Shown here: positions 1-9,058 of the stretch, in pieces
Layout: each line of letters begins with the position of its first letter
How positions within the stretch are numbered: the stretch's first letter is position 1
Virus record (IMG/VR): IMGVR_UViG_3300031227_016742
Length of the DNA stretch: 64,000 nt
Direction: 5' to 3' (one strand)
From: an uncultured virus (IMG/VR IMGVR_UViG_3300031227_016742)
Taxonomy: Duplodnaviria; Heunggongvirae; Uroviricota; Caudoviricetes
Notes under the pieces: generated by a model
The model's input: the letters and a program-made list of their open reading frames with translations, nothing else
Told to the model about the DNA's origin: nothing
The model's database searches: none
Program-made: the position numbers and the translations under genes

Positions 1-144
1 CTTGCGTCGCCTGGACTGTACTATCGTCCAGGCGACGGAGGCTACGATAGCCACGCCAAGCGCGAACGCGAAGAGCAGGTGCATGCCCATGTCTACCTCG
101 TCGCCCAATACCCCGAAGGGAGAGCGGTGAGCGGTAAGCGGTAA
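1..144 (+). CDS. 3' end of a hypothetical protein (partial)
   Basis: Open frame from base 1 (LASPGLYYRPGDGGYDSHAKREREEQVHAHVYLVAQYPEGRAVSGKR*) with TAA at 142-144 inside the heptamer tract. Confidence 0.45.
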   Translation, partial: LASPGLYYRPGDGGYDSHAKREREEQVHAHVYLVAQYPEGRAVSGKR

Positions 145-162
145 GCGGCGACCGGAGGTCGC
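112..162 (+). repeat. Heptamer/hairpin element (GCGGTRA x3)
   Basis: CCC-GAA-GGG, then GCGGTGA GCGGTAA GCGGTAA, then hairpin GCGACC-GGA-GGTCGC touching the stop of 162..779. Confidence 0.9.
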
Positions 163-779
163 TACTCGTCTTCGTTCGGCTCGCTACCCAGCGCCTCGAC
201 GCACAGCTTGCCCATGCGCTGGGCGATGTCCTTGGACAGCTTGGGGGCCACCATCTCGTCCCAGGACAGCCACAAGAGCATCGGAGCACTGAGGGGGTTG
301 CCACCGTAGGCGATGGGCAGGCCGTAGTGCAGGTGATGCTCGAGACTGGCCAGCTTGATGACGATCGAGATTCTCTCGGGCATGGTCAGGTGACCAGCAG
401 GGGCGACGCCAGGCCGCTCGTCGTCGAAGTGGTAGCTGATGACGATCTTGTCCCGCTCGTAGCGGCCTGAGACGGCCTTTCCCTGGATGACGACCTCGGC
501 CCGCGAGTCGGACAGCTCGGACAGCACCAGCCCGGCGCTCTCGTCCTCGCTGTCCATCAGGGTGATCTTCTCCTGCAGCATGCCACCGGCCATGGTCAAC
601 ATGCACAGGTCAGCCTGCAGCTGGACACGCTGCTCGAGGCTCAGCTCGTCCACGTCGTCGGAGGTGGCCCGGGCGTTCAGCCTGGCCCACTCGGCGGCCA
701 CCAGCTCTCGCAGGGGGACCTCGAGGATGACCCCGGTCTCGGGTTCGGACTTTCTCGTGAGCAGATCTCTGAGGGACAT
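162..779 (-). CDS. Hypothetical protein
   Basis: 205 aa ORF with GC3-biased codons and purine-rich RBS (GAGAGGAAAG). Confidence 0.8.
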   Translation of the reverse strand: MSLRDLLTRKSEPETGVILEVPLRELVAAEWARLNARATSDDVDELSLEQRVQLQADLCMLTMAGGMLQEKITLMDSEDESAGLVLSELSDSRAEVVIQGKAVSGRYERDKIVISYHFDDERPGVAPAGHLTMPERISIVIKLASLEHHLHYGLPIAYGGNPLSAPMLLWLSWDEMVAPKLSKDIAQRMGKLCVEALGSEPNEDE

Positions 780-836
780 GATTCTTTCCTCTCTCGGTTT
801 GCCCCATAGGGCGGTGATGTGTCGATGAATATGTGG

Positions 837-1943
837 CTACCAGGTGCACTGGTCGTAGTCACATGTCCCAAAACATGCGATGTCGGAGCCACTCCTGATT
901 CCGCAGACGTGAGCCTGACCTGTCTCGATCATGGAAAATCCAGACCCAAACGACCCGGGACCAACGCCAGAACAAGACGCCTCACCAGACACGGTCAAGT
1001 AGCAACGTCCGTAATATCCTGCCGAGACCGAGAGATGATTTCCAACCGTGAGCGACTCTGTCCCATAGATCTCGTTCTCCCCCCAGCAGTACAGGTCACC
1101 ACCGTCACCGATTCCGCAGGCCAGGTAGTTCCCAAGCGAGACAGATCTCCAGGGCTCCGAGATGAGCGGAGGTGTCGTGACCCCCTTGGAGTCGTCTCCG
1201 GAGCAAGACATGGCGCCAGATGGATCGACGGCACAGGTGGTGTACAGGCCGGTCGAGATGTCGATCCACGGACCGTTTCCAAGGTCCGTCTCACCGTAGT
1301 AGGAACTTCCCCAGCAGCGGCTCTGTCCGGACGGTAGCAGTCCACAAGCGTGCCCTGCTCCCATGTCTACGGAGACAAAGGCGTCAGAGGGAGGGTTACA
1401 GAGAGATCCCTGACAGCCTCCCCAGCATACCACTGAGCCCGACGAGTCCAACGCACAGGCCGTGGTTCCTCCCGCTGACTCCATAGACACCTGCCGCCAT
1501 TGGTTCCCGGACGGCACCGAAGCCAGCCCAGAAGAATCAAGCCCCTTGCACTCCATCGTTCCATCCTGGTGAACCACACAGGTGTTATTGGTCGAGACCG
1601 CCACCCATGGAAGCTGCATATCCTCTCCGTCGCAGTCCTGGTCGATGTCGTCCCACCCGACCTCTTCGGCCTCTGGGTGGATGAGCGCGTCCTCGTCGTT
1701 GCAGTCGGTCTCCTCGGGCCACCCGTCTCCGTCACGATCCACAGGATCGGTGTCCGCGTCGGCGTCGGTGTCAGCGTCGGCGTCGGCGTCGGTGTCGGAG
1801 TCGGTGTCGGAGTCGGTGTCCGTGTCGGAGTCGGAGTCGGTGTCCGTGTCGGTGTCACCCTCGATGACAGGATCGCCTGTGCTGTCAATCTTGGTATCGC
1901 AGCTGGCGAGGGCAAGGAGGATGGTCAGAAGAACAAGGCGCAT
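837..1943 (-). CDS. Lipoprotein with Asp/Thr-rich linker, DxDGDG putative metal-binding motif and RCC1/BLIP-II-like repeats
   Basis: Lipobox LASC after a hydrophobic signal; DRDGDG..DCND...DDIDQDCDG motif; repeated C.....G...CWG units; RBS AAGGA. Confidence 0.85.
   Translation of the reverse strand: MRLVLLTILLALASCDTKIDSTGDPVIEGDTDTDTDSDSDTDTDSDTDSDTDADADADTDADADTDPVDRDGDGWPEETDCNDEDALIHPEAEEVGWDDIDQDCDGEDMQLPWVAVSTNNTCVVHQDGTMECKGLDSSGLASVPSGNQWRQVSMESAGGTTACALDSSGSVVCWGGCQGSLCNPPSDAFVSVDMGAGHACGLLPSGQSRCWGSSYYGETDLGNGPWIDISTGLYTTCAVDPSGAMSCSGDDSKGVTTPPLISEPWRSVSLGNYLACGIGDGGDLYCWGENEIYGTESLTVGNHLSVSAGYYGRCYLTVSGEASCSGVGPGSFGSGFSMIETGQAHVCGIRSGSDIACFGTCDYDQCTW
1747..1856 (-). repeat. Coding 6-bp repeat (DT/DS/DA)n
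   Basis: GACACC/GACTCC/GACGCC units encoding DTDTDTDSDSD... Confidence 0.85.
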
Positions 1944-1946
1944 GGT

Positions 1947-2171
1947 TTATTCCTTATCGGTTCGTGCCATGTGGACGTCACCGGCTCTATGTGTCGAAAA
2001 CGAAGTGTGGTCGGCCAGCACGATGCCGCCCTCTGGTCGTACATGAACGAGCACGCGGCCACAGACCGGACAGCGAACAGCTTCGCCCAACACTGGCCAC
2101 GACTCGATGCGCATGCTGATCCCACAGGGTCCGCAACGGACCACGTTCCCCTGCTCGCTGGCATGGCTCAT
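1947..2171 (-). CDS. Small Zn-ribbon protein
   Basis: Two CxxC pairs; ATGA overlap with the upstream gene. Confidence 0.65.
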   Translation of the reverse strand: MSHASEQGNVVRCGPCGISMRIESWPVLGEAVRCPVCGRVLVHVRPEGGIVLADHTSFSTHRAGDVHMARTDKE

Positions 2172-3109
2172 GAGGCTGTCTCGGTCGCACGTTTCCGGTC
2201 CTCGTTGGTGGTCCCGGTCTTGTACAGATCAACGTCCACAACCCACTCCATCTGCAGCCCGTCGATGCAGGCCTGGAAGTCGACATCGCTGCCGAACCAG
2301 CCTGGATCGGTCTTGTAGAACTCGGCATCGAAGATGCGATCCCAGGTTCCCCAGACCTCGTCGCGGCGCTCGTCGTCGAGTATTTTGCGGGCCGCCCAGA
2401 GGCTTTTTGCCGTTCCGGCCGCGACGATCTTCTCCGCCGCGGCGTCCCACGCTTCGTCCTCGGCTCGGGTCAGGTGAGGAAAGTTGTTGAGCACACTGTA
2501 CCAGCCGTCGTACTCCGAGACCAGCACGGCGCTGACGGGCACCCGTAGGTGCAGGCGCAGCATCCAGACACCGCCGGTGTACCACCGCCAGCGCGCCGAG
2601 CGCAGATCGTCCTTGTGGGTGTAGGCCCAGATCGGAGCATAGCCACGGTGATCGGGGAGGCGTTTTTCCATCTGCCCGAGCATCCACAGGTACGGAGCGA
2701 TGAAACCCTCGTCCTGCAGCTCGTCCAGGGCCCGACCATGGACGATGCCGTCCTCTTGGAGGGTGTCGAGGAAGGACGGGGGTTGGAAGCTCCACAGATC
2801 GATGGTGGGCTCGCCTGGTTCGAGCACCCGGCGCGGAAGCGGCTGATCTCGTTCAGCCTCCTCGACGACATCGCCAGAACTACTATGCTCGTTGACGAAC
2901 CACAGCCTCCCGACACCGTCGAAGGGTCGCACCCATTGCTCTCGCTCACCATTCTCCTGACGCTCATCGAGCCGCCAGTTGGGGTGGACCATGTGCCTGT
3001 CAGGATCGACACCAGGGGGCAGCTCACCGCCACGGCGGTAGCTGTCGATCCAGTCCCGAGGGGTGTAATCTTCGAGAGACTTGGCTGGCTTGGCGGAGGA
3101 CGAGCTCAT
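2168..3109 (-). CDS. DUF3841-like protein
   Basis: W.FQ...; PY.WM..QM.KR; PIWAY; V.VS.Y..W...LN; Q..I motifs; ATG 6 nt after the -10 box TACACT. Confidence 0.7.
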   Translation of the reverse strand: MSSSSAKPAKSLEDYTPRDWIDSYRRGGELPPGVDPDRHMVHPNWRLDERQENGEREQWVRPFDGVGRLWFVNEHSSSGDVVEEAERDQPLPRRVLEPGEPTIDLWSFQPPSFLDTLQEDGIVHGRALDELQDEGFIAPYLWMLGQMEKRLPDHRGYAPIWAYTHKDDLRSARWRWYTGGVWMLRLHLRVPVSAVLVSEYDGWYSVLNNFPHLTRAEDEAWDAAAEKIVAAGTAKSLWAARKILDDERRDEVWGTWDRIFDAEFYKTDPGWFGSDVDFQACIDGLQMEWVVDVDLYKTGTTNEDRKRATETAS

Positions 3110-3115
3110 TTCGTG

Positions 3116-3144
3116 AGTGTAACCCACGCTACCACAGGTAGCAA
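3116..3144 (-). promoter_or_regulatory. Promoter TTGCTA-17-TACACT with palindromic operator (3127-3143)
   Basis: CGCTAC-CACAG-GTAGCA on +. Confidence 0.8.
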
Positions 3145-3148
3145 GCGC

Positions 3149-3532
3149 TCACTTGTCCGTGATCGGGTCGTAGAGGATCTCGGCCACCAGGTTTCCGTGC
3201 CTGCCGTGGCCCCTCTTCTCCGCGGCCTCGATCCCGTAGAGGAAGCAGACACTCAACGCGAGCAAGGATGGCTGGATCATGCTCCAGCGGTCCTCTCCCG
3301 TCTTCAGCCACCCCCAGTAGGGGCTCTCTGGATCCGTCTCGACCCGCTCACGGATACGGACGTGGAGCACGTCTGGGGGCCCAGCTCCGCACAGGCTCAT
3401 ATGTACCATGGACGGGAAGAAGCTGGACAAGAAGTCGTCCGACTTGCCACGACGCCACATGACGAAGAACTCGTCAGGAGCATCCAGGCGTCTTGGGGGC
3501 CACTGGTCGCTGGTGTAGTCGTAGGTCGTCAT
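3149..3532 (-). CDS. Hypothetical protein
   Basis: 127 aa from MTTYDY; ATG 6 nt after a -10-like TACCTA. Confidence 0.7.
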   Translation of the reverse strand: MTTYDYTSDQWPPRRLDAPDEFFVMWRRGKSDDFLSSFFPSMVHMSLCGAGPPDVLHVRIRERVETDPESPYWGWLKTGEDRWSMIQPSLLALSVCFLYGIEAAEKRGHGRHGNLVAEILYDPITDK

Positions 3533-3538
3533 GCCAGG

Positions 3539-3567
3539 TAGGTAACTCGTGCTACCATCAGTGGCGA
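3539..3567 (-). promoter_or_regulatory. Promoter TCGCCA-17-TACCTA with operator (3550-3566)
   Basis: TGCTAC-CATCA-GTGGCG. Confidence 0.6.
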
Positions 3568-3782
3568 ATCCTTTCGACCTCGTCATGCGTCCACCCGAAC
3601 ATCGTGTGACCGAAGAAGGCGCTCTGCGGGCCGAATGGGCTGCTATCGTGCTGAACGAGATACCCGCCGTTGACCGGCTTGTACTGCCAGATGATCCCTT
3701 CACGGCAATCTTCTGGGAGCCTGTCGTCCAAGACCCGGACCCGCGTACCCTGGCTGATGGGGAGCATGACGATCTTGGCCAT
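3558..3782 (-). CDS. Hypothetical protein (74 aa)
   Basis: MAKIVML...; fits between neighbours. Confidence 0.65.
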   Translation of the reverse strand: MAKIVMLPISQGTRVRVLDDRLPEDCREGIIWQYKPVNGGYLVQHDSSPFGPQSAFFGHTMFGWTHDEVERIRH

Positions 3783-3786
3783 GGTC

Positions 3787-4332
3787 TCAGTCCCCTTCGG
3801 GTTCTCTGAAGATCTCGTCCAGGCTCTCGATCTCGTGCACGGCTCCCGTATCGCCGAACGGCGCCATACCATCGAGAGCCTCGTCTGCGCAGTTGGCATG
3901 ACCCAGCAGGTCCACCAGCTCTCCACCGCCGTCGTTGTCCTCACTGGGGTCGTCATCGTCGTCGTACTCGACCAACTCCTCGTCGAAGCCAACGCCGGGC
4001 TCACCGGCGTCTGGGCCGTGCTCGTCCTCTGGCTCGTCATCGACGATGAAGTCCTCGTACAGATGCCTGCCCAAGTGCTTCTCGATGACGTCCCCGAGGT
4101 GGTCACCCTCGTCCCAGTCGTTGTCACCGAACTCGTCGCACAGATGCCGCAGCTGGGCGACGACCTCCCCACGCTCGATCAACAGACGCTCACGCTCGAA
4201 GCGTGGGTCACCAGCGACCCCGAGTGAGCTCAAGCAGTGCCGCAATGTGCTCATCAGGGCGCTGCGGCTCCCAGCGAGCCACATGCGTTCGTCACGTTCG
4301 GTCTCGGTCTCGGGGTCGTTGTTTTTGCTCAT
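3787..4332 (-). CDS. Acidic hypothetical protein
   Basis: 181 aa, D/E-rich C-terminus, ATGA overlap. Confidence 0.8.
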   Translation of the reverse strand: MSKNNDPETETERDERMWLAGSRSALMSTLRHCLSSLGVAGDPRFERERLLIERGEVVAQLRHLCDEFGDNDWDEGDHLGDVIEKHLGRHLYEDFIVDDEPEDEHGPDAGEPGVGFDEELVEYDDDDDPSEDNDGGGELVDLLGHANCADEALDGMAPFGDTGAVHEIESLDEIFREPEGD

Positions 4333-5477
4333 GCGTCCTTCCCGATGATCTTCGTGATCACCTTGTCGTCCAGCTTATCCAGCAGCTCGATGGCCGCCGA
4401 GTCTCCGAGCGATAGCCTGAGATGATGCAGAAGGCTGGCATGAGCCAACATCAGATCCCGCAGCATCCAGGTGGGCTGCCCGGACTCGAGATAGCGCAGC
4501 ACCAGCTGCTGCCACTGCCAATAGGCCTTCTGTAGCCCGGCATGGTGCACAGCGGCCACCTTGACGGCCTTCTGCAGCTCGAGGGCCTTGATGTCGGGTG
4601 CGTCGGGACTGACATGAGAAACGAAGGCGCTCGAGTCCACCGGAAGACAGGGCATACCATGGCTTCCGGTGATCCCGGCGATGCCAAGATCGAGTGAATC
4701 GAGCAGACCGGGACCCTCTGGGACCTGGGTTCCGCGCCCCAAGGCATCGTCCTGGACCGGAGCCCGGACCGCGATCAGCAAGCTCAGCCTGAACGCGGCG
4801 ACGGCATCGTGTCCACCCTGTATCTTCCTGCAGGTGATCATCGCCTCGTTGGGCAGTCTCATCCTCGGGAACGCGCGCAGGGACGGGTGAGTGCTCCAGT
4901 CTTGGCCCGAGAATGCGCGGAGCTCGTAGCCGTCCTCTTGGTAGAACATCCCAGGAGATCCGCCGATGCGCAGATCATCGAGCTGGATGCCAACACCCTG
5001 CTCGATGTGCCATCCGGACAGCCACAGGCCCAGCACGTGGCACTCCTGGTAGCTCCAGTTGGGGGCCCCTTGGCTGTACAGCTCGATCAAACCGTCGAGC
5101 CTCTTCGGCGCCTGGACCATCCGATCGAGCTTGTGACCCCGGGGGGCCATGGACAGCGTATGGATGACGTAGCCAGGCAGGTGCGGCATGGCCGGCATCG
5201 GGTTCCAGTCACGCCGATCCACCGGGACCTTGGGGTTGTAGCGCCACAGCTCCTCGCTGACCGCGCCCCGCAGCTCACCGGACAGTGACGTCCCGAAGTC
5301 ACGGCCGGCCTCTCTGGCCGCGCTGATGATGCGCTGCAGCGGCCTGGGTCTCAGCTTGGAGATGATCTTCGACACTCTTCCTGGCTTCTCGTCCTTCTTC
5401 ACGGTGCTACTCCTGGATCTGGTGACGCTGTCGTTGTCCTCGAGCTCGTCTGGACTGTCATGGGTTTCCTCGTGCAT
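4329..5477 (-). CDS. Hypothetical protein
   Basis: Start MHEETH with RBS GAGGTGG, avoids overlap with 5486..6124. Confidence 0.75.
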   Translation of the reverse strand: MHEETHDSPDELEDNDSVTRSRSSTVKKDEKPGRVSKIISKLRPRPLQRIISAAREAGRDFGTSLSGELRGAVSEELWRYNPKVPVDRRDWNPMPAMPHLPGYVIHTLSMAPRGHKLDRMVQAPKRLDGLIELYSQGAPNWSYQECHVLGLWLSGWHIEQGVGIQLDDLRIGGSPGMFYQEDGYELRAFSGQDWSTHPSLRAFPRMRLPNEAMITCRKIQGGHDAVAAFRLSLLIAVRAPVQDDALGRGTQVPEGPGLLDSLDLGIAGITGSHGMPCLPVDSSAFVSHVSPDAPDIKALELQKAVKVAAVHHAGLQKAYWQWQQLVLRYLESGQPTWMLRDLMLAHASLLHHLRLSLGDSAAIELLDKLDDKVITKIIGKDA

Positions 5478-5485
5478 GGACCACC

Positions 5486-6124
5486 TCACCGCTCCGCTCT
5501 GTCTCGCGGCCGCCTGGCGAGCTCGTAGAAGGGAGCACCACCCTCGACCTCGATGTCGAGCTGGATGCTCATATGAGTGCAGAACCACTGCGAGTACAGG
5601 TAGCTCTGTAGGCACGACCGTGGATGTGCCCGGGCCACCGGGACCAGCTTCATGATCTCGTCGAGGAATGGAGCCAGCTTTTCGAGCTCGGTGTCGGTGA
5701 TGTCGTGATCAGCCATGTCGACCTCGATGAAGGGGTCATGGGACGGGGTGCCGCCCATCATGGCCTCTCTGGCCGCGAATGCCAAGAGCGTCTCTGGACC
5801 GGCTCCGTCGGGGATGATGACCGATCCGTCTTCGTGATGATCGATCTCGAAGATCTGCTCGAGCAGGGCCACCAGCGGCTCGACGCAACCGACCAGACGT
5901 ATATGAGCCGTGAGTGCACCGCCAGCGGCACCGTGCTTGACCATGGCGAGGTCGCGCTTCTTCAGGTTTGCCCGAATCTCTTTGGTCATCCCCTTCGGCG
6001 TCAGGCTCATACCTGTCGCCAGCTCGAGGATCCTGCGCGTGCTGTCGCGTCGGTACTCGAACGCTTGCTGAGCGAGTTCGCGCATGGACGCGTAAGACTT
6101 CGGCTCCGACCCACTCTTGCTCAT
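5486..6124 (-). CDS. Hypothetical protein
   Basis: 212 aa, RBS AAGGAGAAGG, ATGA overlap. Confidence 0.75.
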   Translation of the reverse strand: MSKSGSEPKSYASMRELAQQAFEYRRDSTRRILELATGMSLTPKGMTKEIRANLKKRDLAMVKHGAAGGALTAHIRLVGCVEPLVALLEQIFEIDHHEDGSVIIPDGAGPETLLAFAAREAMMGGTPSHDPFIEVDMADHDITDTELEKLAPFLDEIMKLVPVARAHPRSCLQSYLYSQWFCTHMSIQLDIEVEGGAPFYELARRPRDRAER

Positions 6125-6378
6125 GGCCCTTCTCCTTGTCGAACACGGCCCGATTCCGACATGGCGTTTCTCGCTTCATGTATGCCGATCCCAAGACCGT
6201 GATGCAGTATCCAGCAGGCCTGAAACATGACGTGACCCGACCGTAGCAGCCCCTTGGCTACCACGGCGGAGTCGAGGCCCGGATCGAGGGCGGCCCTCGA
6301 GCGTAGCGCCTCGACAGCGTCGTCCAGCTCGGCATCGCTCAATAAAACAGAGCGAGCAGGGGGTGTCTCGTTGGTCAT
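6121..6378 (-). CDS. Hypothetical protein
   Basis: 85 aa from MTNETPP, TGATG overlap. Confidence 0.65.
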   Translation of the reverse strand: MTNETPPARSVLLSDAELDDAVEALRSRAALDPGLDSAVVAKGLLRSGHVMFQACWILHHGLGIGIHEARNAMSESGRVRQGEGP

Positions 6379-6836
6379 CACCGCCCGCTGATTTTCGCCC
6401 TGATCAGGCCGAAGACGTTGCCTGCGGCCTTGTCGCACCACCACGAGACGTTCCTCATGTCACCACGCTTGATGACGGCCACCAGGGTCTCGAGCAGCTG
6501 TGGCAGGTCGAACTCGGCGACGGTCGTCCCGCTCAGGTACCCGTTCAGCGGCACGTCCAGCTTGTCCTGGCTCAGCTCTATGGCCGTGTCGAGACCACGG
6601 ATGGTCGGGAAGTCGGCCGGGTTGCGGAGCGAGAAGGAGTACAGGACGGACTCCCCGCCATAACCGCTTCGGTAGTAGCAGGTCAGGCCGCCTCGTGGCG
6701 TCTGCACGTCGATGGCGCCCGTCTCGGAGCCCATGCGCATGTGGTAGATGGCGCCAGGGGGCGTCGGCTTCTCTTTCTTCTTGGTCTCGGTCTCGGTCTC
6801 GGTCTCGATCGTGGTATCGGGCTGGCTCATGGCCAT
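6378..6836 (-). CDS. Hypothetical protein
   Basis: RBS GAGGAGG before MAMSQPDT; (ET)n stretch. Confidence 0.7.
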   Translation of the reverse strand: MAMSQPDTTIETETETETKKKEKPTPPGAIYHMRMGSETGAIDVQTPRGGLTCYYRSGYGGESVLYSFSLRNPADFPTIRGLDTAIELSQDKLDVPLNGYLSGTTVAEFDLPQLLETLVAVIKRGDMRNVSWWCDKAAGNVFGLIRAKISGR

Positions 6837-6892
6837 CGCCTCCTCGTTGGTGGGTGGTCCTGTGGACCGTGTCGGAAGGTCAGCACACGGCG

Positions 6893-7285
6893 CTACGCCC
6901 GTGTCATCTTCTCCATGGCCATGCCGGAGTACTGGGAGTTGGCCAGCAGGAAGCCGTCCATCCAGTCCCACTCGTCGTTGACCATGTGCCTGTACTGCTC
7001 GGCGCTCAGGGTGATGAGCTCCTGTTCGGAGAACTCGAGCATGTCGATGAGCTGGCTGTAGACCTTCACGTGGCTGCGTGGAGGCTCGAGCTCGAAGCGC
7101 AGGTCGACCGGCTTGCCGCCCTTCAAGACCTCGATGCGCTCAGCGAGGACCTCCTGGGCCTTGACCAGGTAGCCGGCCTTGGCCTCGACCACGATCGCAG
7201 CATGCTCGGTGCGGTTCTTCTTCAGGATGCCAAGCAGGCGACTCCTGTCGACGTCGATGTTGATGTTGACTCCGAAACCTCTCAT
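6893..7285 (-). CDS. Conserved phage-type hypothetical protein
   Basis: 130 aa, RBS AGGAGGAG; L...L..NR..H...Y...I.ML......DEWDW pattern. Confidence 0.8.
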   Translation of the reverse strand: MRGFGVNINIDVDRSRLLGILKKNRTEHAAIVVEAKAGYLVKAQEVLAERIEVLKGGKPVDLRFELEPPRSHVKVYSQLIDMLEFSEQELITLSAEQYRHMVNDEWDWMDGFLLANSQYSGMAMEKMTRA

Positions 7286-7803
7286 GGCGTTCTCCTCCTG
7301 GTGGGTGTGGTGTGGATCGTTACGATCTCCATGAACATCTCCGGGTCCGGCACGGCGGCGCAGACCAGGGTCACGGAGGCTCCGTTGGGTGGCCGAACGA
7401 AGATGGGAACATCGACGGGGTACAGCATCCCGGGCAGCAGTGACAGCCAGATCTCTCTACGTGTCTCGGGATACAGCTCGGCAGAGCCCCCGATCGTCAT
7501 GCTGGTGATGTAGACGCCAGGCATCTTGCGCTGGTCCGCGACCAGCCTCACGCCGACGATGTCGTACAGCTCCTCGTATCCATCAATGGGTCTCGGTTCT
7601 GGAGACCAAGCCAGGTGGAACTCCACCGCAGACGGTCCGATCCGATTCACCCGGGCCGTGATGTTCTGTCGACTCTGCTTGGACATGGGCCCACGATGCA
7701 GCTCACGCATGCGGAACGTCCCCGCCTTTGCAGGGAGTTCAGCGAGAGACTGGGTGGTGGGCCTGTCCGTGTCGTTCATGGAGATCTTCGGGCCGTAAGG
7801 CAC
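7282..7803 (-). CDS. Hypothetical protein (start may be ATG 7779)
   Basis: 173 aa ORF, ATGA overlap downstream. Confidence 0.65.
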   Translation of the reverse strand: MPYGPKISMNDTDRPTTQSLAELPAKAGTFRMRELHRGPMSKQSRQNITARVNRIGPSAVEFHLAWSPEPRPIDGYEELYDIVGVRLVADQRKMPGVYITSMTIGGSAELYPETRREIWLSLLPGMLYPVDVPIFVRPPNGASVTLVCAAVPDPEMFMEIVTIHTTPTRRRTP

Positions 7804-8126
7804 CTTGGCTGAAAGGTTCCGCCTGTCATTGCCGAGCCGCAGGCGAGAGAGGAAAGGAAAAGTGGTGACGAGGGAGACTGCTCATCGGATGGTCTGCAAT
7901 CCACGTGGCCCGGGTTGGCTGATGGCCTCGGTCCGCTTTCCCCTTTTGCAATCTGGGTCGAACCATGCTTGTTGCGCCTTGGCTGTACCGCGCCCTCCGT
8001 GTTTTTGACAGTTCGGGTTATGAAGCCGAAGTACGTCATTTCAGGTATCTCCCTACGTCACCTGGGAGCCGCGATGGCCACGATGGCCAGGCGCAACGAC
8101 TCCCAAACTGTCAAAGAATCGAATGG
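7804..8126 (-). ncRNA. Candidate large structured non-coding RNA
   Basis: Four complementary pairs: 8102-8115/8004-8017 (14 bp, one U-G on the minus strand), 8086-8097/7971-7983, 8048-8062/7864-7877, 7936-7947/7852-7862; no convincing ORF. Confidence 0.6.
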
Positions 8127-8681
8127 CTACTCGAGGGCGAGCAGCTTGGGGTCGAGCCCGATGGAGAGACACTCGACGCCCGTAGCGTTGGCACCGGCGA
8201 TGGCACCACGCAGGGCAGAGCAGCGGCGCTTGTACGCCTGAGCCTTCTTCATGGCCTCCTCGATGGGGACCACACGCTCGAGCCGCTCGACATCGTCATC
8301 GGCCTTCTTGCGGTCGTACTCGTCGTACAGGCTCCTCCGCTTGCCGCGCTCGCCGTCGGTGACCTTGGCCGCCTGGCGCCAGAGCTTCTCGGCTCGGTCC
8401 ATGCCGCCCAGCAGCTTGACCGCCAGGCGCAGATCCAGATCACGGCCCTCGAAGATGATCTTCACCTTCGAGCCGTAGGTCGCCAAGGCGTGCTGCAGAA
8501 AAGCGATGTGCTCCTCGAGCACCTCGATGCTGATGATGACGAGCCCCGGCTTCAACGCGTCGTCAGCGGCCAGGTCGGACGGGAACTGAAACAGGGTCCC
8601 GGTGAAGCGGTCGTTGTGCAAGGACCTTTCCGCCTTGACCTCTCCGATGCGCTGGATGATCTGATGTCCGGTGACCTTCAT
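8127..8681 (-). CDS. DIP1984/DUF6847-like coiled-coil protein
   Basis: All-helical, MKVTG..., I..LQ.A...Y...V, L..AVK..GG..RAEKLWR, C-terminal LR.AI..AN.T; RBS GGAG; family assigned from memory of motifs. Confidence 0.6.
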   Translation of the reverse strand: MKVTGHQIIQRIGEVKAERSLHNDRFTGTLFQFPSDLAADDALKPGLVIISIEVLEEHIAFLQHALATYGSKVKIIFEGRDLDLRLAVKLLGGMDRAEKLWRQAAKVTDGERGKRRSLYDEYDRKKADDDVERLERVVPIEEAMKKAQAYKRRCSALRGAIAGANATGVECLSIGLDPKLLALE

Positions 8682-8731
8682 GGATAGCTCCGCAGTCGTT
8701 GTCGTCGTCGTTCACTTACACATTCCAGCAG

Positions 8732-8760
8732 AACCTAATCAGCTCTACTATCGGTGGCAA
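8732..8760 (-). promoter_or_regulatory. Promoter TTGCCA-17-TAGGTT with operator (8743-8759)
   Basis: CTCTAC-TATCG-GTGGCA. Confidence 0.7.
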
Positions 8761-8941
8761 GGTCTTCGTCGATTTCTCTGCGAACCTCCTCCTTGGCCTC
8801 ACGACGGGCCCTGGACTTGCAGGGGGTCGCCACGTTCTGGTCCACGACCCCGGCCACCGGCTTGGTGGACGGGTGACAGATCAAGCAGCGCTCACCGTGG
8901 AGGTTGTGAGCGCACTTTTTTCTTCGACCGTAGGGACGCAT
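8735..8941 (-). CDS. Small basic hypothetical protein
   Basis: MRPYGRRKK...KSRARREAK, 68 aa. Confidence 0.55.
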   Translation of the reverse strand: MRPYGRRKKCAHNLHGERCLICHPSTKPVAGVVDQNVATPCKSRARREAKEEVRREIDEDLATDSRAD

Positions 8942-9058
8942 GGTTCACCGAGTCATGCTATGGCATGCATGGATGGGAAATCTGCTCGGGAAGGCAACTC
9001 TGGGAAGTCCGTCCATGGAGCTGGGACCTCGAACAAGGCCCGGCTCCGACTTCCGGGC

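Noticed and set aside
5478..5615. Extended N-terminus MPTELPVLAVVL as another leader peptide
   Set aside because: Overlaps gene 5486..6124; a better start with RBS is at 5477.
7776..8039. 87-aa ORF (and 67-aa ORF 7805..8008) in the proposed ncRNA region
   Set aside because: Atypical codon usage and composition; long base-paired segments explain the region better. Not fully excluded, since GGAG precedes the ATG at 8039.
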